A DNA stretch of 64,000 bases from a candidate division WWE3 bacterium (GCA_052035175.1 JBPOHV010000001.1:297569-361568); one strand, 5' to 3'. Positions 46,511 through 57,672 are shown, numbered from the stretch's first letter. The notes: a model not told the origin generated them from the sequence alone. A program made the numbers and translations.

Positions 46511-47437
46511 ATGCCGGTTTCAAAGACAAGATCTCATCATACAAAAAAAAGATTGATTCATCATTTTTTACCTCACCCAGAGCTTAAAGTGCGAGCTACA
46601 TTACTCAGTCATTTATTTTTGTTCATTTATGTAAGTATAGTCGCATCAAGTTTTTTGTTTTTTAAATATGTTCCCAGAGTAGCTCCTGGTGTTTTGGGTT
46701 ACGCTTCAAAAATTGATATAGACACTTTATTAAAAGATACAAACATCAAACGCTCTGAGGCTGGTTTACAACCATTAACACTAGATCAAAAACTTTCAGA
46801 AGCCGCGAAAAAAAAGGCTTCGCATATGTTTAAAGAAGATTATTGGGCTCATGTTTCGCCTGCCGGGGTAGAACCCTGGGTTTTTATTTTAGGCGAAGAT
46901 TACGATTATATGTATGCTGGTGAAAATCTGGCCAAGAATTTTAATACGTCTGATGAAGTCGTAGATGCATGGTATAACTCGCCGAGTCATAGAGAGAATC
47001 TGCTCAATGCCAAATATTTGGATGTGGGTTTTGCAGTTGTTAATGGGAATTTACAAGGTTATGAGACTACGCTGGTTGTTCAAATGTTTGGAAAATTACG
47101 TGGTACTTCACAAACTGCTGCTGTACCAAATACGCCTGAAGTAGCGGCGGACACATCTGTTTTTGAAGATCAAGCTCCTGTTGAGACTTCTGCTATCACC
47201 GAGTCGGCTGTTGTAGCAGAGCCGGAAATAGCTCCAATAATTGATATAAGCAGGTTTACGACTTATTTAGCATATTCTATGACAGTCTTTATGTTGATCT
47301 TGTTATTACTTGATATTTGGTATTCAAGCAAGAAAGGTATACAAAAATTTACTGGTCATACATTAGCTCATATCTTGTTTTTGACTGTTATTATGGCTAG
47401 TATTTGGTTTTCACTGCTGCCGGGGCATGTTTTATGA
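46511..47437 (+). CDS. Membrane-anchored CAP (SCP/CRISP) domain protein
   Basis: YWAHVSP, YAGENLA, WYNSPSHRENLL, VVQMFG; S/T/P/A-rich linker; TM segments at both ends. Confidence 0.88.
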   Translation: MPVSKTRSHHTKKRLIHHFLPHPELKVRATLLSHLFLFIYVSIVASSFLFFKYVPRVAPGVLGYASKIDIDTLLKDTNIKRSEAGLQPLTLDQKLSEAAKKKASHMFKEDYWAHVSPAGVEPWVFILGEDYDYMYAGENLAKNFNTSDEVVDAWYNSPSHRENLLNAKYLDVGFAVVNGNLQGYETTLVVQMFGKLRGTSQTAAVPNTPEVAADTSVFEDQAPVETSAITESAVVAEPEIAPIIDISRFTTYLAYSMTVFMLILLLLDIWYSSKKGIQKFTGHTLAHILFLTVIMASIWFSLLPGHVL

Positions 47438-47682
47438 GAAATCACATTTTGCATTATATGTTCTTAATAATAGCGCTAATACTTACTTTTGGACTAATGT
47501 CTTTATATAAAGGCCAGACTGTTAATCAGCTCTATATAGGAGGTTTCGGTTGTACTTTTTATGCTCTATGGGGTATTCTACACCATAGAATTGAAGGTAG
47601 ACTAAATACTTTAATTGCCCTTGAGTATATATTGATTTCAGTTATTGCATTTGTCCTGCTTTTGCTGGTTTTATCTTATTAA
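47434..47682 (+). CDS. Small membrane protein
   Basis: ATG 47434 overlaps the previous stop. Three hydrophobic segments, YALWGILHH...EY. Confidence 0.7.
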   Translation: MRNHILHYMFLIIALILTFGLMSLYKGQTVNQLYIGGFGCTFYALWGILHHRIEGRLNTLIALEYILISVIAFVLLLLVLSY

Positions 47683-47684
47683 AT

Positions 47685-48812
47685 ATGAATATAACTATAG
47701 TAATGCCTACATACAATGAGGCATCAAATATTGCGAAAATGATTGAAGCTATAAGTAAAATAGCCAAAGCTTCACCAGCGCACGCTTATAGCCTTTTGGT
47801 GGTAGATGACACTTCGCCAGATGGCACGGCAGAGATTGTATCCAAAAGTCAGCAAACATACCCATTTGTTCATTTATTATTACGCAAAGAAAAAACAGGG
47901 CTCGGTGCAGCATATCTAGAAGGGTTTAGATACGCAATGTCTCATTTGAGTCCTGACGTATTAATTGAAATGGATGCTGATTTCCAGCATGATCCAGCAG
48001 ATTTACCTAGATTTGTCGAAGCTATTAACTCTGGAGCAGATTTGGTTCTTGGTTCTCGATATATTGGCGGTGGTGCTATTCCAGAAGAGTGGGAGCTTTA
48101 TAGAAAACTTTTGAGTGTGTGGGGGAATAGATTTACAAAAGTAGTTTTGGGATTGTACGGTATTACAGATTTTACAACTGGTTTTCGTGCTTGGCGTGTT
48201 TCGGGCTTTATGAACGCTATTGACTTGTCGACGATATTATCAAAAGGTTTTGCTTATAAAATAGATCTCTTATACCAAATGCATAAACGTGGCGCCAAGG
48301 TAAAAGAAATACCGATAGTGTTTGGTTTGCGCAGCGATGGTGAATCGAAGATGCAAAGAAACAATCCGATGGAAACCTTGAGAGTAATATTCACTATTAA
48401 ATTTCATGAACGTGAAAGTTTTTTCAAATTTTTATTAGTAGGTACTGCAGGCTTTGCAACAGACTTTTTATTGTTTAATATATTTTCAACAATAGATGCG
48501 CTTTATGCCACCTCAGCGTTGTTGTCTGGTTTTTTTGCAATGTTGACTACATTGCTTTTAAACAACCTTTGGTCTTTTAGCGCAAGTAGTATGGGTAAAA
48601 GGTTGGATGCCGTATGGAAAACTGCATTTTACTTTATCTCATCGGCAATGCCAATTTTCTTTCGTAATTGGTTTGTCAATTATAGTGCTGAATTTTTGGG
48701 ACATAACTTCTTTGTCAGAAATGGTACTTTTTTGATAGGTGTTGCTTTGGGTCTTGTTTGGAATTATTTAGTTTATAGCAAAATTATTTGGAATCGCAGT
48801 AAAAGCGTATAA
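47685..48812 (+). CDS. Polyprenol-phosphate mannose synthase-like GT2 fused to a GtrA flippase-like domain
   Basis: PTYNE, VDDTSPDGT, EMDADFQHDP, GSRY; C-terminal KFLLVG...NNLWSF...WNY. Confidence 0.88.
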   Translation: MNITIVMPTYNEASNIAKMIEAISKIAKASPAHAYSLLVVDDTSPDGTAEIVSKSQQTYPFVHLLLRKEKTGLGAAYLEGFRYAMSHLSPDVLIEMDADFQHDPADLPRFVEAINSGADLVLGSRYIGGGAIPEEWELYRKLLSVWGNRFTKVVLGLYGITDFTTGFRAWRVSGFMNAIDLSTILSKGFAYKIDLLYQMHKRGAKVKEIPIVFGLRSDGESKMQRNNPMETLRVIFTIKFHERESFFKFLLVGTAGFATDFLLFNIFSTIDALYATSALLSGFFAMLTTLLLNNLWSFSASSMGKRLDAVWKTAFYFISSAMPIFFRNWFVNYSAEFLGHNFFVRNGTFLIGVALGLVWNYLVYSKIIWNRSKSV

Positions 48813-48823
48813 TTTAATTACAT

Positions 48824-49606
48824 ATGCTCAAGTACTCTGTAATCATACCTACATACAACGAAGAAGCTAGAATAGGTCCAACAGTTAGCAAGGTCGTTGC
48901 CTTTCTAGATGCATTGGGAAAGCCTTATGAAGTTTTGGTAGTCGACGATGGAAGTAAAGACGGTACCGTTAAAATAGTCGAAGATTATATCGAGCAAAAT
49001 AAAGAGCATTTATCAAATATTCTAAAAGTTATAAAAAATCCACATAAGGGTAAAGGGTGTACTGTTCGTACGGGTATGTTACTGGGTGAGGGCGAGTTAC
49101 TTTTGATGACAGATGCAGACAGTGCTACTCCTATAGACGAATTGAGACGTCTAGAGCTTTGGATAGAAGATCATGGCTATGATGTGGCAATTGGGTCTCG
49201 TGAGGGTATTGGTTCGGCACGCAAAGGTGAGCCGTTATATCGACATATTATGGGTAGGATTTTTAATCTGATTATAAGAGTTTTAACTTTGCCAGGTATC
49301 AAAGATACACAATGTGGTTTTAAGATGTTTAAGCACGACGTAGCAAAAGATGTATTTTCAAGTTCTATTTTATTTGGAGACGATGCTCCAACAATCAAAA
49401 TACCGCGTGTTAGTGCATTTGATGTAGAAATCTTGTTAATTGCACAAAGGCATGGTTATAAAACAAAAGAAGTGCCAGTTATGTGGAATTTTGGTACAAA
49501 GTCGACAGTTTCTCCTGTGCGAGACTCAATAAATAACTTGCTAGATGTCTTGAAGGTAAAATCTAATGATATAAAAGGATTATACAAGCCACGTAACATA
49601 GCCTAA
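48824..49606 (+). CDS. Dolichyl/polyprenyl-phosphate glucosyltransferase-like GT2
   Basis: PTYNE, VDDGSKD, DADSAT, DTQCGFK, FDVEIL. Confidence 0.88.
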   Translation: MLKYSVIIPTYNEEARIGPTVSKVVAFLDALGKPYEVLVVDDGSKDGTVKIVEDYIEQNKEHLSNILKVIKNPHKGKGCTVRTGMLLGEGELLLMTDADSATPIDELRRLELWIEDHGYDVAIGSREGIGSARKGEPLYRHIMGRIFNLIIRVLTLPGIKDTQCGFKMFKHDVAKDVFSSSILFGDDAPTIKIPRVSAFDVEILLIAQRHGYKTKEVPVMWNFGTKSTVSPVRDSINNLLDVLKVKSNDIKGLYKPRNIA

Positions 49607-49620
49607 TAAAAACAGTTTTT

Positions 49621-50886
49621 ATGTCAAATCTACAAAAAAAAATACTAATCTTTTTACCAAAATTTCCTGTTTTGACAGAAACATTTATAGAAAGAGAGAT
49701 TTCTGAGTTGATATCAAATGCAAAGCTAGAGATTACCGTTTTGGCTTTGGAAAAGTCCAATGGTTTTGCCAGCGCTAGTACATTGGCAAGAACCACGTAT
49801 ATAAGCCTTACTCTGCAAGATTGTTTATTTGGTTTTGTGAAATATGGTTTGTTAAGACCTTTTTCTGCGCTTAAAGCTTTATTGCTTGTTTGTTCTAGTG
49901 ATAGAGTTCCATTTTTATTACCTTTAGGTGTATCAAAACTTGAGCACGAAACTAGTTTTATAAAAAAAATGACACTTTCTAGATTTGTGTTGTATTTGAA
50001 ATCTTTTGGGTATGCTTATATTTTCAAAAATTATAACCCAGAGCATTTGTGGGTACACTTTGCTGCTTCGCCTTCAACATTGGTGATGTGTGCCAGCATT
50101 TTGTTATCTGTACCGTATAGTATGTCGGTTCATGCGCGTGATGCAACTGTTGATGGTAGTTTATTGAAATCAAAGATTATTACAGCCAAAAATATCTTTG
50201 TCTGTAACAAATATGTTTATGAATTTATTTGCAAAGTTTTACCAAATGCAAAAAACATACACCTACAATATCATGGTGTTGATTTTGCAGCTTTTGATAA
50301 CTATAAAACCAATTCTTCTAAACAGGTTGTTCCGCTTATCGTAACTGTTTCGCGACTAGTAGAAAAAAAAGGTCAGACCTTTTTGATTGCAGCTGCAGAA
50401 ATTTTAAGAGCTAAAAATGAACAGTTCTTAATTTATATTATTGGCCCTGGTCCTTTGTATACTACTTTGTTAAATCAGATAGAGTCGGCGCAATTACACG
50501 AGTATGTCAAAATATTAGGCGGCGGTAATGGTCTTTCTTTTGAAGAAACTAAAGATATAGTTAGCGGGTGCGATATTTTTGTTTTTCCTGCTATAGAGAC
50601 TTTGGAAAAAGATGTCGATGGAATGCCAAATGGTGTACTTGAGGCAGCTGCATTCAAAAAACCATGTGTGGTGACTAATGCCGGCAGTGTTACTGATCTG
50701 ATAGACAATGGTAATACTGGTTTGGTTATAGCTCAAAAAGATCCACAGGCTTTGGCAGATGCTATTGTAAAGTTATTACACGATAAGTCTTTGGGAGCAA
50801 ATTTTGGCAGCGCTGCGTATACTAAAGCAAAATCTTTATTTGATCTTTCGCAGAATATAAAATTTTATGAAGAAAAGTTGATATGA
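49621..50886 (+). CDS. Glycosyltransferase family 4 (WcaL-like)
   Basis: ETFI.REI, HARD, RLVEKKG, DGMPNGVLEA. Confidence 0.88.
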   Translation: MSNLQKKILIFLPKFPVLTETFIEREISELISNAKLEITVLALEKSNGFASASTLARTTYISLTLQDCLFGFVKYGLLRPFSALKALLLVCSSDRVPFLLPLGVSKLEHETSFIKKMTLSRFVLYLKSFGYAYIFKNYNPEHLWVHFAASPSTLVMCASILLSVPYSMSVHARDATVDGSLLKSKIITAKNIFVCNKYVYEFICKVLPNAKNIHLQYHGVDFAAFDNYKTNSSKQVVPLIVTVSRLVEKKGQTFLIAAAEILRAKNEQFLIYIIGPGPLYTTLLNQIESAQLHEYVKILGGGNGLSFEETKDIVSGCDIFVFPAIETLEKDVDGMPNGVLEAAAFKKPCVVTNAGSVTDLIDNGNTGLVIAQKDPQALADAIVKLLHDKSLGANFGSAAYTKAKSLFDLSQNIKFYEEKLI

Positions 50887-52109
50887 AAATTGCGGTATTT
50901 ATAAAAAAGACAACATTTCAAGCAGGATACGGCGGTTTGGAAACTCAAAACAAAGTTTTGTGTGAGTATTTAGTAAAGAATGGTCACGAGGTAACGGTAT
51001 TTGCCCCTATGTGGGATTTTGAGGATACTAAGAGAGAAGAGTCTGGTGTGACTTATATTTTTGTAAAAAGTGTATACAGATTATTGTTTGCCTTTAGTAA
51101 AACAAGCTGGGAAAACCAATCATATAATGCTTTTATGTCTTTGCATGCGCAGAATAACTTTGATTTAGTCGTCAGCCAAAGTTCCGCAGCTATTGGTGTT
51201 ATTAAAAGAAAGAATTCTATTAACATCCCTATAGTATCGATTGTCCATGGTTCGATAGTCGGAGAGATGCAATCTTTTTATCAATCTTTTGTAATTAGCA
51301 AAAAAAGCTTTGGTACATTATGGTTATTCATCAAAAATACAGGGTTTTCGCTTTACAATTTTTTTACGCGCCAGCGTTTATTTATTCATGGATCAAACAA
51401 AGTAATATGCGTTTCAAATTTTGTTAAGCGGTCATTAATAGAGGAAACTTTTGATGTAGCAGACAAGTTTGTAGTTATTTACAATTCTTTAGTAGAAACT
51501 AGTCATCAAAAACACGCTAGCAAAGAAATTGAAACTCCTTTTGAAAAGAAAGTTATTTATATCGGGCAAATTTCAAAACAAAAAGGTAGCGATATACTTT
51601 ATCGGTTAGCATGTGATCAGAAATTTTCTAATGTACAGTTTCATCTTATTGGAAGTGGTGACCTTTATGAAGAGTTATTTGAAAAAGCTCAAGAAAATAA
51701 TTTGGTCGAGAAATTTGTTTTGCATGGTCAATTAAGTTACAACCTTACACAACAGTTTTTATATGAAGGCCATTTTGATGCATTTGTTTTTCCGACTAGA
51801 CGAAAAGAAGGTTTGCCTATGGTTTTGATCGAAGCGCTTTCAGCAGGAATTCCCATAGTTGCTTTTGATTGTGGTGGTGTCGAAGATACAATAGAAGATG
51901 GAAAAACTGGTTATTTAGTAAATGCTGGTAAAATAGATATGTTAGAAGATAAACTGTTGGAAATTTTGAACAACAGTAAATTACGAGGTGATATGTCAGA
52001 AGCATCGATTTTGTTGGCTCGCCAAAAATTTGATATAGCTAAGATGGTACAAAATTATGAAAATGTATTTTTTGAGGTTATAAATGAACATACTAAGAAT
52101 AATTTATGA
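50883..52109 (+). CDS. Glycosyltransferase family 4
   Basis: GGLE, KQKG, EGLPMVLIEALSAG. Confidence 0.9.
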   Translation: MKIAVFIKKTTFQAGYGGLETQNKVLCEYLVKNGHEVTVFAPMWDFEDTKREESGVTYIFVKSVYRLLFAFSKTSWENQSYNAFMSLHAQNNFDLVVSQSSAAIGVIKRKNSINIPIVSIVHGSIVGEMQSFYQSFVISKKSFGTLWLFIKNTGFSLYNFFTRQRLFIHGSNKVICVSNFVKRSLIEETFDVADKFVVIYNSLVETSHQKHASKEIETPFEKKVIYIGQISKQKGSDILYRLACDQKFSNVQFHLIGSGDLYEELFEKAQENNLVEKFVLHGQLSYNLTQQFLYEGHFDAFVFPTRRKEGLPMVLIEALSAGIPIVAFDCGGVEDTIEDGKTGYLVNAGKIDMLEDKLLEILNNSKLRGDMSEASILLARQKFDIAKMVQNYENVFFEVINEHTKNNL

Positions 52110-53286
52110 TTGGCCACCTCCATGGATTGGGTTGTCTCCTCAACCATATGAATTAACAGTTTCGCAAGCAAAGAAAGCCAACAACATGACTGTTATGTGT
52201 GGAAGATGGCCAAAAAGCGGTGAACTGGTTGTTCCAGATAAAGTAAATGTCATTCCAATTTGGCGTGCTCCTTTTCAAGGTGCTTTATTTTTTACTAGCA
52301 GTGTATTGCTATTTTTAAAATATTTACGTTGGAGAAGAAAGCATAAACCCGATTTAATTCATATGCATGGTCATTTTGGTATCTGGATACTTTTGTACCG
52401 CTATTTTCTTTTCAAAGTATTTCCATGGTCAAAAGAATTGGATATTGTGTTAGTTGGCCATTTTCATAATACTGCTCAAGGTAGATGGGACAAAGCCACA
52501 CAAGAAAATAAAGAAATTAAAACAATGTCACGAAAAATTGAATGGCCGCTTATGGTTTTGGCCGATAAGCTAATATGCCAGTTGGCTTCTGCGTGTATTT
52601 TTGTTAGTGAGGACCTTAAAAGTGAGGCTATAAAATACTACACTGTAGATACATCAAAATGTTTTGTAGTCGAGTCTGGCGTAAATATAGATTTATTTCA
52701 GCCTGTAAAACCAGAAGAATATGATAAAACACGTCGAGATTTGGGATTTGATCCATATGACAAAGTCCTTTTATATTATGGATTTATCGTAGAAAGAAAA
52801 AATGTTCATTTATTGGTAGAAGCGCTGAAATATTTACCACAAGAGTACAAACTTATGTTATTAGGCACTAGCGATGCATCTTATATGGAAAAGCTAAATG
52901 AAATTATTATTAAAAATCATTTAGAACATCGTATTTTAAAGATGGGGTATACACCGTACCCGCAAATTCCTGTTGCTATTCAAGCTGCTAATATAGTTAT
53001 TTTGCCTTCTAGTTATGAGGGTATGCCAAAAGTTGTAACAGAATCTTTGGCTTGTGGTAAACCAGTGCTTGCATCTGGTTTTAAGATGAAAAGAGATATA
53101 AAAGGTCTATTTTATCTCGATAAATTAGATGCAAAATCAATTGCTGATAAAGTTCATGAGGTTTTGTCTTCTGTAGAGTCTAGCAAAGTTGATTTAGCTA
53201 CAATTCAACTTTATTACTCTTGGGATAAAAAAGTTGAAGAAATAGAAATAGCTTATAAATATGCATTTACTCACAAAGTTAGATAA
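52084..53286 (+). CDS. Glycosyltransferase family 4
   Basis: ERKN, PSSYEGMPKVVTESLACG. Confidence 0.9.
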   Translation: MNILRIIYDWPPPWIGLSPQPYELTVSQAKKANNMTVMCGRWPKSGELVVPDKVNVIPIWRAPFQGALFFTSSVLLFLKYLRWRRKHKPDLIHMHGHFGIWILLYRYFLFKVFPWSKELDIVLVGHFHNTAQGRWDKATQENKEIKTMSRKIEWPLMVLADKLICQLASACIFVSEDLKSEAIKYYTVDTSKCFVVESGVNIDLFQPVKPEEYDKTRRDLGFDPYDKVLLYYGFIVERKNVHLLVEALKYLPQEYKLMLLGTSDASYMEKLNEIIIKNHLEHRILKMGYTPYPQIPVAIQAANIVILPSSYEGMPKVVTESLACGKPVLASGFKMKRDIKGLFYLDKLDAKSIADKVHEVLSSVESSKVDLATIQLYYSWDKKVEEIEIAYKYAFTHKVR

Positions 53287-54868
53287 ATACATTATTCCGC
53301 TAACTGTATTGTGTTTTATAGTTGTGCATATCTTTTTATTTAACGTAAATGCTACTGAATGGGGTGACAGTTATAGGATACTACGTGCAGCCAAGTCGCT
53401 TCAAACACATCAAGTATATCCATCGGATGAAAAACGTCCCCCGTTGTTATCAATAATCATTTCTTTGAATCCGTTGAATATAGACTTTGTAGTTTGGGGC
53501 AAAGTCATTTTGTTTATTTTTTCTATAGCATTCTTTTATACTTTCGCGCAGTTTTTGCGCTTGTTCGATTTTTCAAAAAATTCTGCTTATATCTTTTCGC
53601 TTGTGCTATCGCTCAGTCCAGTAGTTCTTTATTGGTCTATCAGAGTTATGGCTGACTTGCCTTTTGCAGTGTTGGCTCTTTTAGCAGTTTACGCCTTTAT
53701 AAAATATTCAAATAGAAAATATTCAAACAACTCAGTATACATAGGTAGCCTTTACAAAAACTGGTTTTTTGTCGGATTATTGGTTGGATTGTCAATTTTG
53801 ATGAGGTTTGAAGGTTACTTACTAATGGTCGCGTGTTTATATGGCGTCGGAGTACTAGGTTTTAAGCCGGCTAGTTTCGCAGAGTATTTTGATTTTAAAT
53901 CACAATTTAATTATTTGAGAAAGAACATTGTCGCAGTGGTGGCTTATCTATCTGGTGTGTTTATGTTTGTCTTGCCGCTTTGGTTTTATAGAAATCCTTT
54001 TACGTCTAGTTATTTATCAGAACCTGGAGGACGAGTTTATGATTTGAAAATGGTTATTACGTATATACTTTCTTTTTTGTTTATGTATGGGTGTACTTAT
54101 TATTTTGGTGTTTTGATGCTAGATCGACGTCATATAAAACTGTTAATTAACACTCCTGTTTTGTTAGCATATTTTGTCTTAGAAATGATTTTGATTTTAG
54201 TTTGGCCGGCTGCTATTCCAAGATTGTTTGTAGCAATTTCTTTCGTACCAGCACTTTTAATTTTTAAGAGCTTAGTAAATTTTTATGATTTAAAAAAGCA
54301 CTTGACTATCAAGCAATTACTTTTATTATTTGGGTTTTTTTTAACGTATGTTGTTACACAATATACTTTGAGGTTACAGTTTCTGGTGCCATTTAAAAGT
54401 TATTTGATGGCTACGATAGTTTTACAAATGTTATTGTTCGCATTACTCGTATTAAAAAGATACAAACTTTTTGTTATTTCTTCTTGTTTATTTATGCTTG
54501 TTTGGTCGGTGTTTGTTATTAAAGTCCATGAAAATATATTGCGTACACCAAAAGAAGCTGCAGAGTATGCAGTAACAAATCTTTCAGGTTTAGTTGGGTA
54601 TAATGATGTGAGTAGTGTGTCAGATTGGTATTTAAATTCAAATAACACTTCACAGATTAATGGAGTGTTTTATGATATTAATTCAAAAGAAAGCAAGTCT
54701 TATGAAATGCTTAGGCATATGAAAATAAATTATTTATTAGTTACAAATGAGCACAACCCAAATTTGGAGATAGATGTAAAATCAAGACTATACTTAGAAG
54801 AGATCGCTGAATTTAGATATAATACATTGGGTACAGATTTCTGGACAAAGGTTATAATGGTGAAGTAA
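53261..54868 (+). CDS. Multi-TM GT-C-fold (PMT/ArnT-like) glycosyltransferase
   Basis: First loop WGDSY...DEKRPPL, ADLPF, MRFEG; many TM segments. Confidence 0.65.
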   Translation: MHLLTKLDKYIIPLTVLCFIVVHIFLFNVNATEWGDSYRILRAAKSLQTHQVYPSDEKRPPLLSIIISLNPLNIDFVVWGKVILFIFSIAFFYTFAQFLRLFDFSKNSAYIFSLVLSLSPVVLYWSIRVMADLPFAVLALLAVYAFIKYSNRKYSNNSVYIGSLYKNWFFVGLLVGLSILMRFEGYLLMVACLYGVGVLGFKPASFAEYFDFKSQFNYLRKNIVAVVAYLSGVFMFVLPLWFYRNPFTSSYLSEPGGRVYDLKMVITYILSFLFMYGCTYYFGVLMLDRRHIKLLINTPVLLAYFVLEMILILVWPAAIPRLFVAISFVPALLIFKSLVNFYDLKKHLTIKQLLLLFGFFLTYVVTQYTLRLQFLVPFKSYLMATIVLQMLLFALLVLKRYKLFVISSCLFMLVWSVFVIKVHENILRTPKEAAEYAVTNLSGLVGYNDVSSVSDWYLNSNNTSQINGVFYDINSKESKSYEMLRHMKINYLLVTNEHNPNLEIDVKSRLYLEEIAEFRYNTLGTDFWTKVIMVK

Positions 54869-55569
54869 TGCAAATAAAGAAATTATCTATCGTAATACCA
54901 GTTTACAATGAAAAGAACACTATTTTGACCTTGTTTGATCAGGTTTTAGCTGTAGATCTTGGGAATATTTTGAAAGAAATCATCATTGTAGATGATGGTT
55001 CAAAAGATGGCACAGTAGAGATCTTAAATGAAATTAAGCAAAGACATCCAGAAATAGTCTTAGTAATAAAAAATAAGAACGCTGGAAAAGGAGATACTTT
55101 GCGTGTTGGATTTTCGCATTCGACCGGTGATTATGTAATCGTTCAAGACGCAGACCTAGAGTATGATCCAAACGACTATAAGAAACTTATTAGGGCGCTT
55201 TTAGAAGAAAATGTCGATGCAGTATATGGTTCACGCTTTTCTGGTAACTATGAGCATATGTCAACACTGCATTATTTTGGTAATAAAGTTTTGACATTGA
55301 TCACCAATGTTTTATTTGGTGTTTTATTAACTGATATGGAAACTTGTTACAAACTTATTCCAGGTGATTTTGCAAGAAAAGTCCAGATAACATCAGCACG
55401 ATTTAACTTTGAACCCGAGATAACAGCGAAGCTCTTGAAAGCAGGTTTAAAAATACGAGAAGTTCCTATTTCATATAGCGGTAGGAAATTTAGCGAAGGC
55501 AAAAAAATTACGTGGCGCGACGGTATCACTGCTTTATTTACTCTTATAAAATTTAGATTTTTAAATTGA
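54868..55569 (+). CDS. Polyprenyl-phosphate glycosyltransferase GT2
   Basis: PVYNE, QDADLEYDP, YGSRF, TDMETCYK, FEPEIT. Confidence 0.9.
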   Translation: MQIKKLSIVIPVYNEKNTILTLFDQVLAVDLGNILKEIIIVDDGSKDGTVEILNEIKQRHPEIVLVIKNKNAGKGDTLRVGFSHSTGDYVIVQDADLEYDPNDYKKLIRALLEENVDAVYGSRFSGNYEHMSTLHYFGNKVLTLITNVLFGVLLTDMETCYKLIPGDFARKVQITSARFNFEPEITAKLLKAGLKIREVPISYSGRKFSEGKKITWRDGITALFTLIKFRFLN

Positions 55570-55571
55570 TT

Positions 55572-57662
55572 ATGCGTTATCTTGTGTCAAAACTTACAAA
55601 TAAGCGTCTGTTACTAATTGTTTTATTTTTGCATGCTTTTTTATTTTTGCTAGTCAGTTTAAAAATTAACTTTTTTAGATATAACAATTTTGATTTTGGG
55701 AAATTTGATTTGGGTAATATGACTCAAATGGTGTGGAATGTTTTGCATGGAAACGGTTTGTCTTTGACAGATTATTTTGGAACGAATCTACCACGCTGGG
55801 CAATGAGTCATGTTGATCCTATATTGTATCTTTTTGTTCCAGTTTTTGCTGTGTTTCCGCATCCTATGACGCTCGTAGTGTCTCAAGTAATTTTGATAAC
55901 TTTTTCTTGTTATGTTGTTTTTTTGATCGCACGCTTAAGGTTAAAATCTGATCTTGCTGCATTTTTTATTGCTTCCGCTTTTTTGCTATACCCAGCTATT
56001 GGATTTCTATCAGCATGGACTGGGTTCCACGGTGTTACCGCTGTGATCCCATTTTTCTTCATTGCTTTTTATTTATTTGAAAAAATGTATTTTACAAATA
56101 CATTCACAAAAAAGAATATTCTTTTGTTTTGGCTATTTATAGTATTGAGCGCTATGGGAAAGGAACAAGTATCAGCATACATTGCAATCTTTGGTGGCTT
56201 TATTTATTTTTATCGTCCGCTTGCAAAAAAATTGGGATTACAACTGTTTGTGCTTGGAAGCTTATGGTTTAGTTTATGTTTTTTTGTGATAATTCCTCAT
56301 TACGCATCGTATCGTGTCGCAGGTTATGAACATTTTGCGGAGAGGCTTGGTATAGCAGGAGAAAATAAAGTCGATGTTTCACTGCCAAATTACTTTTTGA
56401 GCAGGTACGATGACTTTGGGGACTCATATCTAGATATATTTATAAATGTAGTTTTAGATTATAAACAAGCCATTAACGTCTTTTTTGGTGGAGATAGACT
56501 TGAAAATTTTGCTCACACGTTTGTACCAGTACTTTATTTGCCTTTATTGTATCCACAATTGTTAATATTATCTGCGCCAGACTTTTTTGCAAATTATTTG
56601 ACAACAGCAAGCGGTGTAGGTACTTCTGAAATTTATAATCATAGAATTTCGATGATAGTCCCTGTTTTATTTATAAGTACTATCTATGCAATCGGTTATA
56701 TAGCTGATTGGCTTGGTGTGTATAAAAGTAAAATAAAATTTACCACTACATCTGTAATTGTTATTTTATCTTTGTTAGTGCTTATAAGCAGTTTGTATAC
56801 AACTTATAAATATGAAAATCCTATTTATTTGTGGATAACACAAGCTGTAAAGAAGAGATTACCTGTAGCATTTGCAAAGACAGCAGAGCATGAGGTGTAT
56901 AGCGATGACTTAAATATTGGTGATGTAGTGCGGCTTACGCCTTTGGAAGAAAAAGATAGAGAATGTGCAAATCAAATCGTATCACTCATACCCGATTATG
57001 TGTCTGTTTCAGGACCAGATTATCTTGGTGCTCATTTATCTATGCGTCAGACTTATGCAATTTTTCCTGCTTTATTTGATGAGGCAGATTATGTAATTGT
57101 TGATGTATTTTCACAAAAGATTTCTAGGATTTTAGATTTGGACCTTGGCTTAGTTCCAGATGTTATCGAAAATCTTATTAAAAACAAAGATTATGAACAA
57201 TTAACTGCATGTGGTAACTTATATGTTTTCAAACGTGTTGGCGCGCACGAAGTGCGCGCCATGTTACCCCAACAAGAACGTCGTACGTATGAAGAAAAAG
57301 TAAATTATTTACTTATGAAATCAGTTTACTTAGTAGATTATGATGTACCGTCAGAGATTTCTAAGAATGAAAGTACCAAAGCAAAATTCGTATATTCAAA
57401 AAAAGACAATGACAGTCTAGAAAGTTTTGTATTTTTTACAACATTTATAAATAAAGTAACTGGTGAGATTTACCAAGTTGCTAATTTACCATCATTTGCA
57501 TTTATAACGCCAGATGATTGGTTGCAAGACTATTATTATATAGAGGAGATTGATATAAATGTTCCAGATGGTGTCGATGCAGGCGTATATAAATTATTTG
57601 TTGGAGCAACTAATAAAATTAGTTCTCGAAGTATTTACTTAGGAGAGATATCACTAAAGTAA
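55572..57662 (+). CDS. DUF2079-family membrane protein (predicted GT-C)
   Basis: FDLGNMTQMVWN, HVDPI, FH, KE, HLSMR. Confidence 0.75.
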   Translation: MRYLVSKLTNKRLLLIVLFLHAFLFLLVSLKINFFRYNNFDFGKFDLGNMTQMVWNVLHGNGLSLTDYFGTNLPRWAMSHVDPILYLFVPVFAVFPHPMTLVVSQVILITFSCYVVFLIARLRLKSDLAAFFIASAFLLYPAIGFLSAWTGFHGVTAVIPFFFIAFYLFEKMYFTNTFTKKNILLFWLFIVLSAMGKEQVSAYIAIFGGFIYFYRPLAKKLGLQLFVLGSLWFSLCFFVIIPHYASYRVAGYEHFAERLGIAGENKVDVSLPNYFLSRYDDFGDSYLDIFINVVLDYKQAINVFFGGDRLENFAHTFVPVLYLPLLYPQLLILSAPDFFANYLTTASGVGTSEIYNHRISMIVPVLFISTIYAIGYIADWLGVYKSKIKFTTTSVIVILSLLVLISSLYTTYKYENPIYLWITQAVKKRLPVAFAKTAEHEVYSDDLNIGDVVRLTPLEEKDRECANQIVSLIPDYVSVSGPDYLGAHLSMRQTYAIFPALFDEADYVIVDVFSQKISRILDLDLGLVPDVIENLIKNKDYEQLTACGNLYVFKRVGAHEVRAMLPQQERRTYEEKVNYLLMKSVYLVDYDVPSEISKNESTKAKFVYSKKDNDSLESFVFFTTFINKVTGEIYQVANLPSFAFITPDDWLQDYYYIEEIDINVPDGVDAGVYKLFVGATNKISSRSIYLGEISLK

Positions 57663-57672
57663 AAACAACTTT

